Below are positions 13,042 to 25,610 of a DNA stretch of 64,000 bases, piece by piece (the stretch's first letter is position 1; each line of letters begins with the position of its first letter). The translations under genes were made by a program, and so were the position numbers. The stretch is from Nemertoderma westbladi (taxonomy: Eukaryota; Animalia; Xenacoelomorpha). Under the pieces are notes generated by a model. The model did no database searches and had not been told where the DNA came from. It worked only from the letters and a program-made list of their open reading frames with translations. Location of the stretch: assembly GCA_032718475.1 (NCBI GenBank), contig JAUCBJ010008862.1, positions 57,624 through 121,623 of the forward strand, read 5' to 3'.

Positions 13042-13181
13042 TATGTTGTTTATGATGAATCTAGACATTTAAATGGTTTTATTTTAAATTATTTTGTTTG
13101 TATGTATAGTTAGTTACCGGTATATCGCAATGTAATCTGTTTTGTTCTTATCTATTTAAGATCGACACCAGAAGAGCAGAT

Positions 13182-14663
13182 AGCTGGTGTAGTGGTCACT
13201 CACCAACCAGCTGGTGGCGTGGTCTCTCACCAACCAGCTGGTGGCGTGGTCACTCACCAGCCATGTGGTGGCGTGGTCACTCACCAACCAGCTGGTGGCG
13301 TGGTCACTCGCCAACCAGCTGGTGGCGTGGTCACTCACCAACCAGCTGGTGGCGTGGTCACTCACCAGCCATGTGGTGGCGTGGTCACTCACCAGCCATG
13401 TGGTGGCGTGGTCACTCACCAACCAGCTGGTGGTGTGGCACTCACCAACCAGCTGGTGGCGTGGTCACTCGCCAACCAGCTGGTGGCGTGGTCACTCACC
13501 AACCAGCTGGTGGCGTGGTCACTCACCAATCAGCTGGTGGCGTGGTCTCTCGCCAACCAGCTGGTGGCGTGGTCACTCACCAACCAGCTGGTGGAGTGGT
13601 CACTCACCAACCAGCTGGTGGCGTGGTCACTCGCCAATCAGCTGGTGGCGTGGTCACTCACCAACCACCTGGTGGCGTGGTCACTCACCAACCAGCTGGT
13701 GGCGTGGTGACTCGCCAACCAGCTGGTGGCGTGGTCACTCACCAACCAGCTGGTGGCGTGGCCACTTACCAACCAGCTGGTGGCGTGGTCACTCGCCAAC
13801 CTGCTGGTGCCGTGGTCACTCACCAACCAGCTGGTGGCGTAGTCACTCACCAACCAGCTCTGGTGGCGTGGTCACTCGCCAACCAGCTGGTGGCGTGGTC
13901 ACTCGCCAACCAGCTGCTGGCGTGGTCACTCGCCAACCAGATGGTGGCGTGGTCACTCGCTAACCAGCTGGTGGCGTGGTCACTCACCCACCAGCTGGTG
14001 GCGCGGTCACTCGTCAACCAGCTGATGGAGTGGCACTCACTAACCAGCTGGTGGCGTGGTCACTCACCAACCAGCTGGTGCCGTGGTCACTCGCCAACCA
14101 GCTGGTGGCGTGGTCACTCGCCAACCAGCTGGTGGCGTGGTCACTCGCCGACCAGCTGGTGGCGTGGTCACTCACCAACCAGCTAGTGACGTGGTCACTC
14201 ACCAACCAGCTGGTGGCGTGGTCACTCGCCAACCAGCTGGTGGCGTGGTCACTCACCAACCAGCTAGTGACGTGGTCACTCACCAACCAGCTGGTGGCGT
14301 GGTCACTCGCCAACCAGCTGGTGGCGTGGTCACTCGCCAACCAGCTGGTGGCGTGGTCACTCACCAACCAACTGGTGGCGTGGTCACTCACCAACCAGCT
14401 GGTGGGGCGGTCACTCACCAACCAGCTGGTGACGTGGTCACTCGCCAACCAGCTGGTAGCGTGGTCACTCGCCAACCAGCCGGTGGCGTGGTCACTCGCC
14501 AACCAGCTGGTGGCGTGGTCACTCACCAACCAGCTGGTGACGTGGTCCCTCGCCTGCCAACTGGTGGAGTGGTCCCTCGCCAACCATCTGGTGGAGTGGT
14601 CACTCGCCTGCCAACTGGTGGAGTGGTCACTCGCCTGCCAACTGGTGGAGTGGTCACTCGCCA
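13182..14663 (+). repeat. 27-bp minisatellite (~55 copies)
   Basis: Unit ccagctggtggcgtggtcactcaccaa, moderately diverged. Confidence 0.95.
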
Positions 14664-15120
14664 GCCACGTTACTCGTTATGCTTCTAGCTGGATGTCCCG
14701 GGTTCGATCCAACTGTATTTATAATTATTTATCAATTTTGTTCAAATAAATAATTAGTTTAAGATATGACTCAACTTAATATAATTAATTGTTTTATAAT
14801 TGCGATATTGCTATAATGAAAGTACCTAATCAAAATCTTTATCAACATTACGTCTTCGTCACCACTCAAATCTCCATTAAATCTGCCGTACCACTGACCT
14901 CTGGTGACCACTATATCGTAATGTACGTTGTTGTGGTGTCATACATTGCAAACCCATGCCTGGCAAGTTACAACTTTATGCCCCAACTTCAAATTATCTT
15001 AATCATCATCGGGAGTAATGTCACCTAAATTTCGCGCGTTTCAATTTTCTAACGACCACCGGTAGGACAATTTGTGTTGTACGCTGATTTGACAAGCCCG
15101 TTTCCAGGATAATAAACAAA

Positions 15121-16527
15121 TCATACTGTTTTGAGATAGTCGATGTGGTCTGAGTGCTCCTCTTGTAAACTCTTGTCACATCTGAAAACATTTTCTGTGA
15201 GAAATTTAACGAATCTCTCTGCGTAGCGTCGAGGGTTTTGGACTGATATCCCTCTTCTCGACTGAAACAAAATGGCCTTCGTAAAAAATTCCATCTTCTT
15301 TTTTAACGTGTACCTTTGTAAAACATCGATTACTCCAAAGTAAATCATAACTCGATGTCCTGTGTGGTCTATCGCCGGAATGCCACCCCAAGCTTCATCA
15401 AGCTCTTCTTGTAATGACAAGTTTACCGGAAGAGCCGACAACGGTGTCCCTCTGATGTCCTCCATCACCGTGGCCAACACTCTGGCGTCCCTGTAAGATT
15501 CCTTTCGCTTATAAATGGTAAAGGAATTGTTCGCCGATAGATATCTACTCGATGAGTTTGTTATTTGCGACATGGGAGATCCGTTGCGGACTGCCAACAG
15601 CTCGCGGATGCTGTTTGCCTCAAAGTTAGTATAGTCTTCGGTTGAGGGTCGCTCGTATTTAACTCTGTCCATATCGTAGACGCCTACCAGTAGACTATAG
15701 TCAATAATGTTACAACTTGTGAGTATGGCTGCGTCTAAGGTAATTGTTCTTTTGAGCGCTGACCACACCTCCTCATTCAGTAAGTACGCACCGTGTTCGT
15801 GTCTGAAATCCAAGTCTTTGAGGGTGGGCCTCGGTTTCCTGCGCTCTGTTTTCTTTGCTTTTCTCGTTTTTATGGATCCCTTGAAATCAAATTTTAAGTG
15901 AATATTAAATTTATTAGGTAAAATGTTGTTCATGACAACCAAATATATGTTTTTATTGTTTCTCTTGTAAGAATAGAAACCGAATAGTTTAGGTAACAAA
16001 GTAGCCGGTCTTTCGAATATATTTTTATAGTATACAGGGAGTATTCTTAGGATGCATTTGGCTTCGGTAGTTCGAACAGTTTTTATGATAAGTTCGTCGT
16101 TTCCTGAGATGAAGAAGAGACTGCCAGAGCGACCTGGATTAGGGAATTCATACAAAGCTTCGGTACAAATGGTATTAACGTATCCCTTCTGTGTAATCTT
16201 GAAGAGTTTACGGAAATGCCTGAATGCATATTGGGAGTGGCTGGTAAACTTAAACGGTGGTTGTTTGATTGGCGTTGACGGATCAGCTGCTAGGTTCACG
16301 GTTATTTGCCCTTCGAAGTCGCTGCATCTTTCTTCGTGAAGTTGGTTGTCGTTGACTATATCCTTGTTTAGATGTTTCACTCCAACTTGTATTGCTTCCA
16401 TAATGTGGGCGGAAGGCGCCCCATTGTAAATGAATTTACCATGCGCGTCAATGCGTAGGCGTCCGCTTGTTCCTGTTTTAAGGCAAGATCCGCATTCGAA
16501 TGTCGATTCTTGACTGTACGATGTCAT
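15121..16527 (-). CDS. PIP5K1: Intronless type I phosphatidylinositol-4-phosphate 5-kinase-like protein (~468 aa), nested antisense in ABTB1 intron 4
   Basis: PIPK motifs in order: NPGRSGSLFF, IIKTV, TLLPKLFG, VVMNNILP, FDFKGS, TLKDLDF, IDYSLLVG, GVIDVLQRY, KKMEF, ISV..P..YAERF. The first ATG is at 16527 (the ORF track starts at TTG 16575). Confidence 0.92.
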   Translation of the reverse strand: MTSYSQESTFECGSCLKTGTSGRLRIDAHGKFIYNGAPSAHIMEAIQVGVKHLNKDIVNDNQLHEERCSDFEGQITVNLAADPSTPIKQPPFKFTSHSQYAFRHFRKLFKITQKGYVNTICTEALYEFPNPGRSGSLFFISGNDELIIKTVRTTEAKCILRILPVYYKNIFERPATLLPKLFGFYSYKRNNKNIYLVVMNNILPNKFNIHLKFDFKGSIKTRKAKKTERRKPRPTLKDLDFRHEHGAYLLNEEVWSALKRTITLDAAILTSCNIIDYSLLVGVYDMDRVKYERPSTEDYTNFEANSIRELLAVRNGSPMSQITNSSSRYLSANNSFTIYKRKESYRDARVLATVMEDIRGTPLSALPVNLSLQEELDEAWGGIPAIDHTGHRVMIYFGVIDVLQRYTLKKKMEFFTKAILFQSRRGISVQNPRRYAERFVKFLTENVFRCDKSLQEEHSDHIDYLKTV

Positions 16528-16801
16528 TGTTCTTTGTATATTATGCTCTTTGGTCTTATTTATATTATTTTTCAATACTAGCCATTAATCGTGCTCGTGT
16601 AATACCATTATAAATAAGTTAGGTAGTTATATAGTTCTAGAACTATGTAGTAAGGTGTTGGTACATGTTCCGTTCTTTCACAGTACCAAACTAGCTAGTT
16701 GTTACTAATTTTCTTTGTTACTTTTCTAGAACATGTTAACATATTTATTTAAAAAATAATGTTATAGAACAAATATTTTATGTGCTAGAACATATTTTCG
16801 A

Positions 16802-19800
16802 AAACATATGTTAGCCTCCATAAACATATGTTAGCTTCCATAAATATATGTTAGCTTCCATAAACATATGTTAGCTTCCATAAACATATGTTAGCTTCCA
16901 TAAACATATGTTAGCTTCCATAAACATATGTTAGCTTCCATAAACATATGTTAGCTTCCATAAACATATGTTAGCTTCCATAAACATATGTTAGCTTCCA
17001 TAAACATATGTTAGCTTCCATAAACATATGTTAGCTTCCATAAACATAGGTTAGCCTCCATAAACATATGTTAGCTTCCATAAACATATGTTAGCTTCCA
17101 TAAACATATGATAGCTTCCATAAACATATGTTAGCTTCCATAAACATATGTTAGCTTCCATAAACATATGTTAGCTTCCATAAACATATGTTAGCTTCCA
17201 TAAACATATGTTAGCTTCCATAAACATATGTTAGCTTCCATAAACATATGTTAGCTTCCATAAACATATGTTAGCTTCCATAAACATATGTTAGCTTCCA
17301 TAAACATGTTAGCTTCCATAAACATATGTTAGCTTCCATAAACATATGTTAGCCTCCATAAACATATGTTAGCTTCCATAAACATATGTTAGCCTCCATA
17401 AACATATGTTAGCTTCCATAAACATATGTTAGCTTCCATAAACATATGATAGCTTCCATAAACATATGTTAGCTTCCATAAACTTATGATAGCTTCCATA
17501 AACATATGTTAGCTTCCATAAACATATGTTAGCTTCCATAAACATATGTTAGCTTCCATAAACATATGTTAGCTTCCATAAACATATGTTAGCCTCCATA
17601 AACATATGTTAGCTTCCCTAAACATATGTTGCTTCAATAAACATATGTTAGCCTCCATAAACATATGTTAGCTTCCATAAACATATGTTAGCCTCCATAA
17701 ACATATGTTAGCTTCCATAAACATATGTTAGCTTCCATAAACATATGTTAGCTTCCATAAACATATGTTAGCCTCCATAAACATATGTTAGCTTCCATAA
17801 ACATATGATAGCTTCCATAAACATATGTTAGCTTCCATAAACTTATGATAGCTTCCATAAACATATGTTAGCTTCCATAAACATATGTTAGCTTCCATAA
17901 ACATATGTTAGCTTCCATAAATATATGTTAGCTTCCATAAACATATGTTAGCTTCCATAAACATATGTTAGCTTCCATAAACATATGTTAGCTTCCATAA
18001 ACATATGTTAGCTTCCATAAACATATGTTAGCTTCCATAAACATATGTTAGCTTCCATAAACATATGTTAGCTTCCATAAACATAGGTTAGCCTCCATAA
18101 ACATATGTTAGCTTCCATAAACATATGTTAGCTTCCATAAACATATGATAGCTTCCATAAACATATGTTAGCTTCCATAAACATATGTTAGCTTCCATAA
18201 ACATATGTTAGCTTCCATAAACATATGTTAGCTTCCATAAACATATGTTAGCTTCCATAAACATATGTTAGCTTCCATAAACATATGTTAGCTTCCAAAA
18301 ACATATGTTAGCTTCCATAAACATATGTTAGCTTCCATAAACATGTTAGCTTCCATAAACATATGTTAGCTTCCATAAACATATGTTAGCCTCCATAAAC
18401 ATATGTTAGCTTCCATAAACATATGTTAGCCTCCATAAACATATGTTAGCTTCCATAAACATATGTTAGCTTCCATAAACATATGATAGCTTCCATAAAC
18501 ATATGTTAGCTTCCATAAACTTATGATAGCTTCCATAAACATATGTTAGCTTCCATAAACATATGTTAGCTTCCATAAACATATGTTAGCTTCCATAAAC
18601 ATATGTTAGCTTCCATAAACATATGTTAGCCTCCATAAACATATGTTAGCTTCCCTAAACATATGTTGCTTCCATAAACATATGTTAGCCTCCATAAACA
18701 TATGTTAGCTTCCATAAACATATGTTAGCCTCCATAAACATATGTTAGCTTCCATAAACATATGTTAGCTTCCATAAACATATGTTAGCTTCCATAAACA
18801 TATGTTAGCCTCCATAAACATATGTTAGCTTCCATAAACATATGATAGCTTCCATAAACATATGTTAGCTTCCATAAACTTATGATAGCTTCCATAAACA
18901 TATGTTAGCTTCCATAAACATATGTTAGCTTCCATAAACATATGTTAGCTTCCATAAATATATGTTAGCTTCCATAAACATATGTTAGCTTCCATAAACA
19001 TATGTTAGCTTCCATAAACATATGTTAGCTTCCATAAACATATGTTAGCCTCCATAAACATATGTTAGCTTCCATAAACATATGTTAGCCTCCATAAACA
19101 TATGTTAGCTTCCATAAACATATGTTAGCTTCCATAAACATATGATAGCTTCCATAAACATATGTTAGCTTCCATAAACTTATGATAGCTTCCATAAACA
19201 TATGTTATCTTCCATAAACATATGTTAGCTTCCATAAACATATGTTAGCTTCCATAAACATATGTTAGCTTCCATAAACATATGTTAGCCTCCATAAACA
19301 TATGTTAGCTTCCATAAACATATGTTGCTTCCATAAACATATGTTAGCCTCCATAAACATATGTTAGCTTCCATAAACATATGTTAGCCTCCATAAACAT
19401 ATGTTAGCTTCCATAAACATATGTTAGCTTCCATAAACATATGTTAGCTTCCATAAACATATGTTAGCCTCCATAAACATATGTTAGCTTCCATAAACAT
19501 ATGTTAGCCTCCATAAACATATGTTAGCTTCCATAAACATATGTTAGCTTCCATAAACATATGTTAGCTTCCATAAACATATGTTAGCTTCCATAAACAT
19601 ATGTTAGCTTCCATAAACATATGTTAGCTTCCATAAACATATGTTAGCTTCCATAAACATATGTTAGCTTCCATAAACATATGTTAGCTTCCATAAACAT
19701 AGGTTAGCCTCCATAAACATATGTTAGCTTCCATAAACATATGTTAGCTTCCATAAACATATGATAGCTTCCATAAACATATGTTAGCTTCCATAAACAT

Positions 19801-21333
19801 ATGTTAGCTTCCATAAACATATGTTAGCTTCCATAAACATATGTTAGCTTCCATAAACATATGTTAGCTTCCATAAACATATGTTAGCTTCCATAAACAT
19901 ATGTTAGCTTCCATAAACATATGTTAGCTTCCATAAACATATGTTAGCTTCCATAAACATGTTAGCTTCCATAAACATATGTTAGCTTCCATAAACATAT
20001 GTTAGCCTCCATAAACATATGTTAGCTTCCATAAACATATGTTAGCCTCCATAAACATATGTTAGCTTCCATAAACATATGTTAGCTTCCATAAACATAT
20101 GATAGCTTCCATAAACATATGTTAGCTTCCATAAACTTATGATAGCTTCCATAAACATATGTTAGCTTCCATAAACATATGTTAGCTTCCATAAACATAT
20201 GTTAGCTTCCATAAACATATGTTAGCTTCCATAAACATATGTTAGCCTCCATAAACATATGTTAGCTTCCCTAAACATATGTTGCTTCCATAAACATATG
20301 TTAGCCTCCATAAACATATGTTAGCTTCCATAAACATATGTTAGCCTCCATAAACATATGTTAGCTTCCATAAACATATGTTAGCTTCCATAAACATATG
20401 TTAGCTTCCATAAACATATGTTAGCCTCCATAAACATATGTTAGCTTCCATAAACATATGATAGCTTCCATAAACATATGTTAGCTTCCATAAACTTATG
20501 ATAGCTTCCATAAACATATGTTAGCTTCCATAAACATATGTTAGCTTCCATAAACATATGTTAGCTTCCATAAATATATGTTAGCTTCCATAAACATATG
20601 TTAGCTTCCATAAACATATGTTAGCTTCCATAAACATATGTTAGCTTCCAGAAACATATGTTAGCCTCCATAAACATATGTTAGCTTCCATAAACATATG
20701 TTAGCCTCCATAAACATATGTTAGCTTCCATAAACATATGTTAGCTTCCATAAACATATGATAGCTTCCATAAACATATGTTAGCTTCCATAAACTTATG
20801 ATAGCTTCCATAAACATATGTTATCTTCCATAAACATATGTTAGCTTCCATAAACATATGTTAGCTTCCATAAACATATGTTAGCTTCCATAAACATATG
20901 TTAGCCTCCATAAACATATGTTAGCTTCCATAAACATATGTTGCTTCCATAAACATATGTTAGCCTCCATAAACATATGTTAGCTTCCATAAACATATGT
21001 TAGCCTCCATAAACATATGTTAGCTTCCATAAACATATGTTAGCTTCCATAAACATATGTTAGCTTCCATAAACATATGTTAGCCTCCATAAACATATGT
21101 TAGCTTCCATAAACATATGTTAGCCTCCATAAACATATGTTAGCTTCCATAAACATATGTTAGCTTCCATAAACATATGTTAGCTTCCATAAACATATGT
21201 TAGCTTCCATAAACATATGTTAGCTTCCATAAACATATGTTAGCTTCCATAAACATATGTTAGCTTCCATAAACATATGCTAGCTTCCATAAACATATGT
21301 TAGCCTCCATAAACATATGTTAGCTTCCATAAA
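16802..21333. repeat. 20-bp satellite (~226 copies)
   Basis: Unit aaacatatgttagcttccat, highly homogeneous, with recurrent 18/19-bp deletion variants. Confidence 0.97.
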
Positions 21334-21869
21334 CTTTGTTAGTAATTAATGATGTTCAACAAAATACAATATTTTTTTGTTACATTATGTCAACTTAACA
21401 GCGTTCTGGTGAATTACTCGTAAAGCTGTAAAGTACTACTTTATATATTTACTTTACTATATGAGAGCTGCTTTATTATCCAGTTTGCAGTGACGGAACT
21501 AACTACTGTATGTAAATAATTGTTTAACGTGTAGTGTAATCCATTATGGATGACACTAAATGACTAAATGACACTAAATGACGAAAGCAAATGGCGACAG
21601 TGTTCAGTAAAACTGAACGGACACAGACGGTGAATAACTTTGCTTCAGTCGACTATAGTCAAGATGGATTAATGATTTATCACATCCAAGCAGGTGATAA
21701 CTTCCAATAAACTTTAATTAGATTTAAATGTATAATTAATACTGTGTACCTGCTAATAAATTTAACTTATATTCGATATAGTACAGATTAAAATGTATAA
21801 ATAAGTATCCATAAAATCCTTTCTTCACATACCGAACGCTGATAACTTGACATAATGTACCAAAATTAC

Positions 21870-22020
21870 ATACATCATTGGTTGCAAAGGTCACTTTTCA
21901 GCGTTAAAGGCCCTTGTTTATTTATGTAAACCTCCCTCGCTGCGCTCACTCGGTACATAAATAAACTCGGGTCATAACGCTGCAAAGTACTACTTTGCAC
22001 ACAATGATGTAAATAGTTAT
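21870..22020. mobile_element. Small foldback MITE
   Basis: tacatcattg-ttgcaaag...cagcgtta mirrors taacgctg...ctttgcacacaatgatgta. Its terminus atgtaaatagtta is shared with the 22304-24599 element. Confidence 0.55.
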
Positions 22021-22303
22021 TGACTTTCATTATATACTGCCTGCCTTAATAGTTTATTGAAGTTTGTTGAACACTAATCAATTGTTTTTAAACAAAAAAT
22101 AGTAATGTTATGTTATGTTAGGTAATGTTACAAAACACTTATAAAACACTTCAAAACCAGAAATGATGTTTTTGCCCACAAAATGGAAACTTAAAAAAAG
22201 TAAAAAATATCAAAGGTTTCAACGTAATTGTCAACCAAATCATCCACATCCAAGGAAAATTTATTTTTGCGTGGTATATCAATTATACTAGCGATTTAAA
22301 TAA

Positions 22304-24599
22304 TAAATATTTACATACTTGTGTGTAAAGTAGCACTTTACAGTGTGATGATCCGAGTGGCTTTGTTACACGAACGAACATTAGTGAGTGAGTGAAAATA
22401 AAGCCACGAGGGTCAGAACACTGTAAAGTACTTTGCAACAAGTACAGTATGTATGTAGTTTTATTCCAAAATGTTAACATTACGAAATGATTGCATATAT
22501 ATATTATAAGTGATAGAAACTGCACAAATTATATAAATAATTGTAAAAATGACATAAATTATGTTATAAATAAGTTAGCTTATATTTATGGTGGCGTTTG
22601 GAGTCATGTTATAATAATATAGCTAGGCCCTACTGGTTATTAGTAGCTATACCACGCCTACCGGTAGGTAATGCAGTAGGCCTATCTGGCTGTCAGGCAA
22701 ATTTCCACCTATTGTTTACGTGGTAACCAATGACGGCGTTAAGTAATGTCCCCTTAGTGGACTGTTGCCGTTATTCCCGACACCATGGGGGAAAACGCCG
22801 ATGCTGGAGGCGGAACTTTACAGACCATGGAATCCCGGCCAGTCACCGGATATTGATTGTGGAGAAGGAATGTTCTTAAATGCAAGATTGCGGTTGAGAA
22901 AAAGCTGCATTGGTTGGATATACGCTTTAATGTAACTTCCCTACAGTTGAATCTTGATTGAGAATAAATTGGGCTTCCCCAAACCAATATACACCAAATT
23001 ATTCACAATAATAATACACGACAATATAAATCCCTACAGTAAATTATTTAATTACCCACTGTTCGCTCAGATTTTAGCCTAACTAATGTTCCCCAGATTT
23101 TCCCTCGGTCCTAGTCTTGGTGCCGTAGTGTCGGTGTCGGTCGACCCTGTTGCGTGTCCGTACCACCCCTCCCGAACCCCGAAGGGATCGATCATCGAGA
23201 ACCAGTACGGCTTGGCTAAGGGTCGGTCCAGTCGGTAGACTCTGTCGCGTATCCGTACCACCCCTCTCGAACCCCGAAGGGATCGGTCATCGAGAACCAG
23301 TACGGCTTGGCTAGGGGTCCGTCGGTTCATCGCAGAGACCCAACCACCTAGGCTTTCCGAGTCCTTATTCAGGCTCGTAGTCGCTTCGGCAGCCGAGAAA
23401 CTGCTCCGAACAGTCGGTAGGCCAGTAGAGTCCAGTCCTCTGTCTTTCGACCAACGGCGTTGAGTAATGTTACTACTTTGGAATAATAACTATTTAATGT
23501 TTTAAACATAAAAAATATAGTTAGAGATACTATATATTCTAGAATAAGAATATAGTTCTAGAACTCTATTATTTTAAACATTTAAACGGTATCCTTATTT
23601 ATTTTTTTTGATGCGATGTTTATTAAGAAGACATCAATAATCTTATATATCGAATAATTTTTAAATGGTAGCTTAGCTAGTCTTTTTAATAAAGTTTCAC
23701 TTTTATGGACTAATAAACTAATAAAAGAAATCATTGCTATTTGTACAGTGTACATATTGTACAATATTAATTAAATTTCATTAAGGATAAAAAGGATGTT
23801 TATTTGTTAATTCTGACAGTTCGTGAAAAGTAGTATCTTTAATGACTAGCTAACATAAAAATTAATATTAAAGTTGCTTAACATTAATCGATCCACAAAT
23901 TTATTTTATAACTTAACCAGTTTTTGCTTATTTCTTTTTTTAATGTTCTAGAACAAATTACCTATGCATTTTTAAATACATTATTTATTACTCCAAAATT
24001 GTAACATTACTCAACGCCGTTAGTATTAACAGCGAGTTGTTATTTAGCTCTTTACAACTTGTAGAGGACATTACAGCATTGTATTGGCCTGTACATTTAG
24101 TATTGTATTGGTGTTGGAATGTCCCATGTTTATGTGGTAACCAATGACTGCGAGCTGTAATGTTGCGGCGTCATTGGTTACCACGTAAACAATAGGTGGT
24201 ATTTAATATTAATTGCCTGACAACAAGATAGGCCTATTGCATAACCTACCAGTAGCTATTAATAACCAGTTGCTATAAACAATTAACATGGCTCCAAACG
24301 CCACCATAAATATATGCTAACTTATTTATAACATGATTTATGTCATTTTTACAATTATCTATACAGCAACTAATTTAATTTGTGCAGTTTCTATCACTTA
24401 TAATGTATATATGCAATCATTTCGTAATGTTAAAATTTTGGAATAAAAATTCATACATACTTGTTGCAAAGTACTTTACAGTGTTCTGATCCTCATGGCT
24501 TTATTTTCACTCACTCACTAACGTTCGTTCGTGTAACAAAGCCACTCGGATCATCACACTGTAAAGTGCTACTTTACACACAAGTATGTAAATAGTTAA
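22304..24599. mobile_element. Non-autonomous element with ~430-bp TIRs
   Basis: 22308-~22740 (tatttacatacttgtgtgtaaagtagcactttacagtgtgatgatccgagtggc...tggtaaccaatgacg) is the reverse complement of ~24165-24595. Confidence 0.88.
23453..24021. mobile_element. AT-rich MITE nested in the long-TIR element
   Basis: aacggcgttgagtaatgttac / gtaacattactcaacgccgtt form a perfect 21-bp TIR, with further imperfect pairing inside. Confidence 0.8.
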
Positions 24600-24853
24600 T
24601 TATTTTAAATACATATTTTATTTTATTTTAAATCCTCAGTCGAAAGTAAGCACAAATGTATTACAGTTAAAATATCTAGAACGCCACCTAGTGTCCAAAT
24701 TTGGTCTTTATAGTTAAGTGAAGCATATGCAATATGTGAAGCAAGACCCATACTCTAGAGCATGATAGTGTATGTGAATGTGAGTATAATATATTACATA
24801 CTTTATTTAATCTTTTGCAATGAAACGGATTAATTTCTTTAACTGTTCTACAG

Positions 24854-25077
24854 GTTGCACTAAACCATCGTTGTTCAATGTCACGATGGTATCCATAGAA
24901 ACGTCAAACAATGCAATAGAATTACGTAATGACTATACCGTTCTATCGTACCAAGCGTTACCAAGGGAACTATGCAGCTATATGGCTAAGGGGGAACTTC
25001 CTTTCAGCCCCGAAGGAATTAGTCCTCACGCCGACATCTGTTTCTCTGTGGAGGGGCACAAATTCTACTGCCATAAG
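24854..25077 (+). CDS. ABTB1: ABTB1 exon 5 (linker and start of BTB2)
   Basis: GCTKPSLFNVTMVSIE...ALPREL...GELPF...ADICFSVEGHKFYCHK. Boundaries ctacag| and AAG|gtaaat. Confidence 0.93.
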
Positions 25078-25157
25078 GTAAATAGCCTATCTACAAAGCA
25101 AGACTTTATTATATTAGAGCCAGTATAGCGGGTGTAAGCGTTAAGCAGTCACCTGGT

Positions 25158-25610
25158 CTAGCCAGACACCTGGTATAGATGCCTGGTGCAGACACTTGTG
25201 CAGTCACTTGTGCAAACACCTGGTGCAGACACCTGGTACAGACACCTGGTATAGACACCTGGTGCAGACACCTGTTGCAGACACCTGGTACAGACACCTG
25301 GTATAGACACCTGGTGCAGACACCTGTTGCAGGCACTGGTGCAGACACCTGGTGCAGACACCTGGTGTAGACTCCTGGTGCAGACACCTGGTATAGTGAC
25401 CTGGTTCAGACACCTGGTGCAGACACGCACTGCAGACACTGGTGCAGACACCTGGTGCAGACACTGGTGGAAACACCTGGTGCAGACACCTGATGCAGAC
25501 ACCTGGTATAGACACCAGGTGCAGACACTGGTGCAAACACCTGGTGCAGACACCTGGTGCAGACACCTGGTGCAGACACTGGTGCAAACACCTAGTGTAG
25601 ACACCTGGTA
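25158..25610. repeat. 13-bp minisatellite (cagacacctggtg), left block
   Basis: Degenerate tandem gcagacacctggt units. Confidence 0.93.

Noticed and set aside
13156-14749. Multiple overlapping ORFs
   Set aside because: These are translations of the 27-bp minisatellite.
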